From Planctomycetota bacterium (GTDB lineage: Bacteria > Planctomycetota > SZUA-567 > H5-PLA8), in the NCBI GenBank assembly GCA_038227875.1, contig JBBRPR010000034.1, positions 1 to 64,000 of the forward strand: 64,000 nucleotides of DNA. Direction: 5' to 3'. This document shows positions 21,601 to 30,600 of the stretch, one piece after another. Position numbers and translations under genes: made by a program. Numbering within the stretch: the first letter of the stretch is position 1; each line of letters begins with the position of its first letter. Under the pieces are notes generated by a model. The model had not been told where the DNA came from and made no database searches. It was given only the letters and a program-made list of their open reading frames with translations.

Positions 21601-24600
21601 CAGACCAATCGCGTTGGCTCCCGTAAAGGTATTGCCGGTGACGGCGGTAGGCGTTGCAGAGGTGCCGATGTTGACCAATTCGGTAGCGGTCTTGCCGGTC
21701 GCCACCTTAAAGGTGTTCGACGCCAAGGTATGCCCACTGGACAGCGCGAGCAGCGCATTGCTGGTATCGGCCGCCGAAATGATGTTGCCGGTCACCGAGC
21801 AGACACCGGCTGTCGAATCGAGGTAGACGGCGGCCTGTCCGGCACCGTTGATCGTGAATCCCGTCGACGCGCCCGTACCGATGGCGACTTTGCCGGCGGT
21901 GACTTTGATCGCGCCGCTGGTGGCCGTAGTGCCCACGCCGGCGATCGTGACGCTGCCTGAGGCGTGTGTGGAGACCAAGGTCAGATCCTTGGCGATGGTG
22001 ACGTCTTCCGTGTAGGCGGTGGCTCCGTCTTCGACCTGGACCTTTCCGCCGGCCGTTGCCAGGTTGACACCTTCCTGGATGAACGTCACCGAGCCGGCAT
22101 TGGCGCTGTGGTTGTCGACGTGGAGCCACGTAAAGTCTCCGTTGAAGCCGGGCGTGGCAAGCGCCAGCGGCGTGCCGGTGTGCAGCCACGGGCTGTAATC
22201 GGCCAAGCCGCTGATGGCTCCGGTGACGCTAACGGGCGTAAATCCGCCCCACCAGTTGCCGGACGCATCGACGGCGGTCTGCGGTGAGGTCAGATTCTTG
22301 ACCGCAAAGGACGTGTTGACGCTGAGATCGTTATTGAAAATCGTGCCCAGACCGTTGGCGGCACTTTCGAACTGAACGCCCACGGCGTTGAGCGTGATGA
22401 AGTTGTTCTGGATGGTGTTGATCGTGCCGGTGGATTCATCCACGCCGATCGTATTGCTCTGGATGGTGTTCTGGAGCAGCGTCAGCACGCCGCTGTTGTT
22501 GACGAGTGCTCCGGTGGCCAACGTTTTGAGCTGATTGTTGGTCAGCGTCGCGGAACCGCCGTTGCCGGTCTGTGTTACGCCGAGGTAATCGGTGAAACTC
22601 GGGGCGAATTGCACGCCGATTCCGGCGACCGACGCGGAGACCGAGTTCAACGTCGCGTTGAACTGTGTCGCCGACGTGCCCTTTGCCACCGCAAGACCGG
22701 TGTCGAGACCCGTCAAGATGTTGCCATTGGCCGTCAGCGTCGCCGGGAAATCGCCTCCGGGCGGCACGATGGACGAGGCCAGCAGACCCACTCCGCCTGT
22801 GGCAAACGGACTGATCGTGTTGCTCGACACCGTCGCGCTGCCACCGAATACCGCAATGCCGTAAGAGGTGGACTTGACGGTATTGGACGTCACTTGCGAC
22901 GTGGTCGTGGCGGGCTGTTCGATCACCGCGCCGTACGTGTTGTTGCTCAGTGTATTGAACGAGATCACATCGCCGGCGGTCGATGCGGACGCGCGGGAGA
23001 GCGCGCCGACGATGCAGCCGGAGATTGTGTTGCCTGCGCCGGTTCCACCGACGACGACCGTGGCACCCGCGGGAGACGACGCGACGAGCACGCCGATCGC
23101 CGCGCTGGAGACGGTGTTCTTCGTGATCGTGGCCGTACCGTTGGAGATCGAGATGCCCGCCGCGCCGCTGGCCACGGCGCCGCCGATTGTCTTGATCGTA
23201 CAGTTGTTTACCGTCGTTGCGCCATTCGCGGAGGAATTCTTGACGCCGCTATTCTTGAGATTTTGAATCGTGAGGCTGTCAACCACGATAGCCGTCAGAT
23301 TGGCCGCGCCGTTGGTGTTGATGCCGTTGAGGGCCGTCGTCAGACCGTCGACAGTCAGGTTCTGAATGCTGATCGTGTCGTGGGTCAGCGTGAAGACGTC
23401 GCCCGCCGCCGCTTTGACCGTCGTGTTGGCCGCGCCGTTACCGAGGATCGTCAGCGCCTTGGGCACCGTCACATTTTCCGTGTAGGTTCCGTTCAGGACG
23501 TGGACGGTGTCGGTGGCAGACGCCGCGGTGACGCTTGATTGAATGTCACTGCGAACGATGACGAATCCGCTTTCATCGTTGACCAGCGCATCGCCCCCTC
23601 CATTGCCGGTGCCGTACACCGCGCGGTCCAGCGTGTTGAGGGGCAGCAATGCCTTCAGATTTGTGGCATCGAGAGCGGCGATGGTATCCCCGGAAATGAC
23701 CAGCGCGCTGACGGTGTCGATCAGGTTGAGCTGCCGCAGATTGTTGACGAATGTGTTGCCGGTCAGGGTGGTGATGTCCAAACTGCCGCCATACGTGGGC
23801 TGAATGATCACGGCGTCCGCACAACCTGAGAAGGTGTTGCCCTGAACCAGTGTGTTGTTCGTGGCCACGTTCAAGCCGCTGGTCGCTCCGAGGATCACAT
23901 TCTGCTGAATTCCCGCTCCGCCGCCGAATGCGCCGACGATTCCGGAACTCGAGTGGACAATGAGATTGTCCGAAACCGACGCGATCGCGTTGCCGCCGGA
24001 CGTCTGCGCGGACGCGGTGGCGGTGCCGTTGGCGGTGGTGCTGTTGCCGGTGAACGCATTTTCGGTGGCGACGTAGGTAAACGTGGCGGCGTTTGGAACA
24101 TTGATGCCGTACGTGTTGGCGTCCGTCGACGCGCTGTAGTCGAGCACGGAGTTTTGAACCGTCAGCGATGTAACCGCGGCGGTGTTGGTGATGCCCTGGT
24201 TGAACCCGCCGGAACCGGACGCGGGCAGTACGATGCGGACACCGTCGATCACGACCGTCGGCGACGTGACATTGACGACAGCACCGAATCCCGTGGCACC
24301 GGCGATAATCGTCTCATTCGCGACCGGGCGAACCGTCGACGCCGTGGTCGGAGCCGGGCCGGCGGGATTGACGTAGCCGGGAACGCCAGCCTGCTCGCCT
24401 TTCAGCGTCATTGCCTTATTAAGGGTGATGTTTTCCGAATATGTCGCCTTTGCGACGTAGCAGGTGTAGGTCGGCTGGCACGCGGTGATGCCGCTGGCGA
24501 TCGTGGTGAATGCGTCGACGCCAATGATGTGCGGCGAACCGGGAACGGGGTCGTTGGCAAACGTGACGCTCGTGCCGTTGGCCAGCGCATTGTAATTGGT

Positions 24601-27600
24601 TTTGTCGACAAACGTGTTCGTCACCGGGAGGATCGTCAGCAGCAGGTTGTTGGCGTCGGAGGTGTAATCGAGCTTGTAGGTGAAGCCGACGTCGTTGATC
24701 ACCGTGACGTTTTTGAATACGCCACTGACCGAATTGTACGTCGCGATGCTGACCGGACCGCCGGCGGCGATGAGTCCGTTGAAGTCCAGCACCAGCGTCG
24801 ACGTTCCACCGAGAGTCAGCGTGTGGCCGGTCAAATCGAGCTGACCGAAGTCCGTGCCCGCGGTCGCGCTCGTAACTTTCTTCACGCGCAGCGTCAGCAC
24901 GCCGCCGACGCTCACGTTGGTGTCGCCACCGGCGAGAACGCCCAGTTCCGATGCGCCGACGCCCGGAGTAATCCTGCCACCGGTTTGCGTCGTGATTGAG
25001 CCGGTAATCGGTCCGGTGCCGCTCAGCAGACCGCTGCCGCCGATGGTCACGTTGGACGACAGGGAGCCGTCGACTTCGAGCGTACCTGCACTGATCGTGG
25101 TAGTACCGGAATAGGTGTCGGTGCCGGAATAGATCAACGTACCCGCGCCGATTTTCGTGACGTTGCCTGTCGTACCGGAGAGCGAGCCGACGATGGCCGA
25201 AGCGGACGCGACATTCAACTGGACGTCGCGCGTCAGCGTGGCCGCGCCGAAGGAGCGGGCGCCGCTGGCGAGCGAAACCACGGCGTTGGTCGACGCGACC
25301 AGCAAACCGTCGGAGAGCTTGGCCACGGCCGCGCCGGTTTGATTTAAATCGACCGCCGGGGCAGTGACGCCCGCCGATCCAGTCAGGTCTGATCCGATGT
25401 CGAGAATAAACTTATCCGTTGTTGCCGTCGTCAGGTCGCCGGCGCCGGTGAAGAACAGCGCTTTGCTGATCGTCACCGTTTCGTGATAACCCGATCCGCC
25501 TGCGCCATTGACGATGACATTGCCTGCCGGCGCAACCGCGGCGACACCCTGTGTAATGGTGGCGAAACTGTCGTATAGGAAACGGGCGGTTGCCGGCGGC
25601 GGAACTCCCGGCGCGGTGGACGTGGTCGGCGCTGCGCCCGCTGTGGTTCCGGCGAATAGCGGATCCACGTACACGGGCGACGGCGGGGGCACCGTCACCT
25701 GGAGCGATACATTTCCCGAGCCCACGGGATAGCTGACGAGACCGGTCGTACCGGCGATGCCGTTGATGAATGAGAGTCCGCCCGTGAACGTGCCAGACTT
25801 GGTCGCGGCGACCAGGATCGCGGCCGTGCCGCTCTGGTACATGTTGGTCGCGTTGACAGCCAGCGCGGAGTCCAGCGTCAAGCTGCCGGTCAGCGACAAC
25901 TGGTCGAAATCCGTGCCGGCAACCGAGAAATTCTTGATCTTCACGAGCAGCTTCGCGCCGCTTTGGAGCGTCACGTTGCCGCCGTGGAGAATGCCGTAGC
26001 TCGTCGGCGTTCCCGGAGCCAGCGTGCCACCACTCGTGACAAGAATGTCGCGATTAATTGTGCCGTCGCCGCCCAACGTGGCGTTCGAATTGACCGACAC
26101 AGCGCCACCACCGATCGTAAGCGACCCGGGCGAATTGATCAACAGGGTACCGGCGCTGACGTTCGTCGCGCCCAAATAAGTGTCCGTTCCCGAAAGGGTC
26201 AGCGTGCCCGGCCCCGCTTTCACCAGGACGATCGACGGACTGGCGTTACTGATCGAACCACTAATCACGGGCGACTGACCAGCGTTCACACTGAACGTCA
26301 CCTGCTTGTACAACGCGAACCCAGCGGCATCATAAGGCCCGGTTCCCGTGTTGATCAGAATGGTGCCGAGCGGCGCCACACAATTCAGCGCCGTATTTAC
26401 GTCTGAGAACGTTGTTCCCACACTGGGGACACTGCTGTCAACGGTCACGCTGTTGGGCTGGGTCACGTGGACGACAATCTTGTCCGTGAACGACGTGGTA
26501 TCGACCGCGACGTTGTAGCGGAAGTTATTGTTGAGGATATGGATGTTGGCCGGAGCGAACACGCCGGAGAGATTTCCGGTGGGATATTTAATGATGTTTG
26601 CATCGCCGGGCGTGTCTTTCGGGAGCGCGTTGAGGTCGATGTTCAGGATGGAAGTGGTGTCGAGCTTAACCATGCCACCGCCGGTAACAATTACTTGATC
26701 GTAATCCGTGCCAGCGGTCGTGAATCCCTGAATTTCAACATCCAACTGCCCGTTGTTGGTCAGGTCGTAGTCTCCATTGAAGGTTTGTGTGGAGGGACTG
26801 TTTCCCGGTGAATTCGCCCCGTTGCCGAACGCGTGGAATCCGCCGTTGATCAAGCCAAATCCGCCAACAACGCTTCCCGCTCCGGAAACCGTTACACCCG
26901 ATGCCGAGGCGAACGCTGTGGCGCTATTGACCTTGAGCGTACCACCAGTCACATTGACCACACCTGTGTAGCCGCCAGTACCGATGAATTCGATCGCGCC
27001 TGGACCGGCAATTCCCACGGGACCCGTGCCCGTGAAGGGGCCGGTGAATGTGACGACGTCCGTGGCAACAGGGACGGCGAAGGTAAAGGCCATGGACGCG
27101 TTTACGCCGCCATACGTTCCACCCGACATGGAAATTGTTCCACCGGGTGTCAGCGCCACAATAGCCGCTGAGAATGTAGGGAAGGCGTCGTATCCGATCC
27201 AATGTGGATTGGGATCGCCCGGCAGGTAAACGAGTGTGCCGGTTGTAAATCCCGCCCACGCGCTGCTGATCGCCAGACTGCTGGAACTGACCGCAAAACT
27301 CTTGACCGTCGCCTGTCCTACTCCATTGTTGGAATCGGTAACAGCAATGACGACAGTGAAATTGCCGCGGGATGCGTAGGTGTGCGATACCTGGTTCGCA
27401 CCAGAGGTGACTGCAATGTTTGAATCGACATTGCCGTCGCCCCAATTGACGGAGGCCGTATACGTTTCCACCGCACTGCCGGGGTCGGAGAATGAAAAGT
27501 TCAGGATCGTCGGCGATCCGATTGCCGCCTGGAAGTCCGATGCGACAACCGTCGGCGGGTTATTTGGAACATTAATGGTAATTGTTGCGGGCGGCGAATC

Positions 27601-30600
27601 GGCAATACCGTCATTCGCGACGAAGACGAAACTGTCCGCCTCAAACGCGACATGTGCCGGTGTGTAGGTCAGGGCAGGTGCAGTCCCGCTAAGGGAGCCC
27701 CTGGCTGGCGACTGAATCACGCGATATGAGAGTTGGCGCGGACCGTTGTCCGCATCTGTTGCCGTCAGAGTTACCGGGAGTGGCTGCGCCGCAGCTCCTT
27801 CGGAATACGTAAACGTCTGACTATCGGCAACAGGAACGGTATTGGGGACAAGTGTTAGTCCAAAAGGTTGCACCAGGAAGTTCTGCGAGGATAGAACGGT
27901 CTGCGCCTGCGTTGCGGGATTGATTCTGACGATCGATGCACTTCCAGCGCTGGCGGTGACAATCTTGCCCGCGGAATCAACGGCGATCGACGTGGGTCCC
28001 ACGATCGATCCGTCAACTCCGACTCGTGTTTGATTGCCCGCGGAATCCAGTTTCAAGACGAGGTTGGGCAAGGTGGGCTGATTGCCAAATAACTGCGCAA
28101 CGTCGGAAATATATACGTTGCCACTGGTATCCAAGGCAATCCCGAGCGGTAGCGTGATGTCTCCGCCACTGGCAAAGGTGGCAGGATTTCCGCCGCTGGG
28201 TATCTTCACGACAACGCTTGGTTCTCCCTGTCCAAAGAAGAAAAGCCCATTGTTGATATAGATGTCGCCGTTGGCGGCTTCCGCGACGCCTGTCGCCAGA
28301 ACATGTCCACCGGGAAGCACATTGCCAGCCGGTGTTCCATTCGCATTGTATCGGTTCACGCCTGCGGTGCCATCGGCCACGAGGAACGATCCGCTTGCTT
28401 CGGCAAACATCCCCAAGGGCATGCTGAGTCCTGTGGTAACAAGGGGAGTTTGCTGACCTGTCGCCGGATCAACGCGAATAATCGAAGGGACGTTGTTATT
28501 TTGGGTGGATACCAAAAGGGTGCCGCTGGCTTCAAACGTGATGGATTGAGCATTGGACAGACCCGTCGCAATCTTGAACTGATTTCCCGTAACTGGATCG
28601 ATCAGAATTACCGCCGCGGCTTGCGAATCGGCCACAAAAATATCGCCTGGCGTTACTTTCGGGACTATCGTGACGGTAAATGTCCCCGGTGTGGCTGCGG
28701 CACCCAGTGCGTCCACCACATTAAACATGAAAGAATCCGTGCCGAATTCGTATGGGGAAGGCGTGTAAGTAAAGGTTCCATTCGCATTCACATTTGCACT
28801 GCCACGCGAACCATTGGTCTTGAGTGAAAAAGTTAGCTGCTGAGCCGGAAGGTCGGGATCGGTTGCCGCAAGCGTTCCATTGAGAGCAACACCTTGCGTG
28901 GTGCTGCCAGAGCCATTGATCGCGGTAGGAGGCTGGTTCTGGACGTTCAGGGTGAACACTCCGTCCGCCGTGGCGAATCCGTCCGTCACATGAAATACAA
29001 ACGAGTCCTGTTGCGGCGTGCCGGGCGCAACGTACGTGAACTGCCCCTGCGCATTCGTGGATACCGAGCCGGCTTGTGGCTGATCGACCGTGTACGTGAG
29101 AGTCTGGCCGCCAGGCTGCTGGAAGACCTTATCTGGATCGGTTGCAGAGAGCGTACCATTGTACGTTGCGCCGAGCCCGACGTTCGCATTTCCGTTGTTC
29201 GCAACCGGAGGCCGATTGACGAACGTGATGGTTATTGGAACTGTAAACGTTGTAAATCCATTATCACCGGCCACGAATCCCTGAGAGTTCTTGATGCTGA
29301 TTTGAAAATCGTCCACCAACTCGCCGCTGACATCCGTCACGTCGTCGGTTGCATAGGAAATAATCTGATCGTCGATATCCTGCTGGGTGAAGGTGTCGCC
29401 GGGTGCGAGTGCGGTCGTGTTCTTGCGCAGTTTTCCATTACGCGCGCCATTAATGAACGTATAGGTAATCTGGGCATCGGCACCCCCGGAGGAATCCGTC
29501 GTCAGCAGTGCGGTGTTGCTGAAATTCACGCTGGAGCGCTGATTCAGCGACACCCCCGTGTTGATGGCCAATTTCACAGTCCGATTGATGGCGAATTTGA
29601 ACGTGAAGGTAGTGCCTGTGACGGTACCCGTGCTCGCCATCGCTCCATACGGGTCGGAGACGCTGAATTTAAACCCATCGCTCTGCTGGCCGGTATTGTC
29701 GGTTTCCGTATAGGAAATAATACCGCCATCAATATCGTCCTGCGTGAACGTGCCGCCGACGGATACCGCCGCGTTATTCTTCTTCAATACGCCGTATTGG
29801 GGCAGTCCTCCAGAAAGAATTGTATAAACAATATTTGTGGAGGTGAATCGAGTATCCGTCGCTTGCAGGTTTGATGATGGGACGACGACAGTCGCGGTCT
29901 GATTAACCGGCAAAGTGACGTTGGTCGCCACTTGCAAATACAGATTGATATTAATTGGAAAGGTGAACGTAGTGTGCCCTTGATCGATTGCAAACCCACC
30001 GCCTGGATCGGTCACTCCGAATTGGAATCCGTCGTGTGTCTGTCCGGATGTATCGGTTTCCGTGTATGTGATCCTATTGTTGTTAATATCGTCTTGCGTG
30101 AAGGTGCTGCCGGCAATAAGCGGGGCGCCGCTATTCTTGAGAGATCCGTACGCCACGGATCCACCACCAGTACCAGTAGGAATCGTATAAATAATCTGCG
30201 TTGGCGGATAAAGTGAATCCGACGCGCTCAGAAGTGTATTCGTAATCGTAACAGTCTGCGTCTGATCGACAGTCACACCTCTATTTTCTTGAAGTTTGAG
30301 CGCAGGCGTAACAACCACTGGAATTGAAAATGAACTCGTGGCACCATCGGCATCGAGAACCGATACGGTTACGGTTGTGCTTGCACTTTGATTCAGCGCT
30401 GGCGTCATCGTCAGCGTGTAGTTTCCAGATCCAAGGTTGGTCAAGCTGAGACTGCCATTGGGAAACAGGGTTGTATCGACAGCGCTGACGGAAGTCACAA
30501 GGCTGCCTGTGGCCGTTTCATTGTCGCTCACCGAAAACGGCAGTGCTGTCGACGATTGGTTTCCCGGAATTACGACCGTCTGAGTATTGTCGAAGCCTGG

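Noticed and set aside
12538..24999. Long plus-strand ORFs (e.g. 12538-15390, 19738-21960) and alternative-frame ORFs within the giant gene
   Set aside because: These are Arg/Gly-rich shadow frames of a high-GC3 gene with no motifs. The same applies to 8074-9564, 31714-33543, 40166-41857, 44617-46206, 49694-51622 and 58217-59833.
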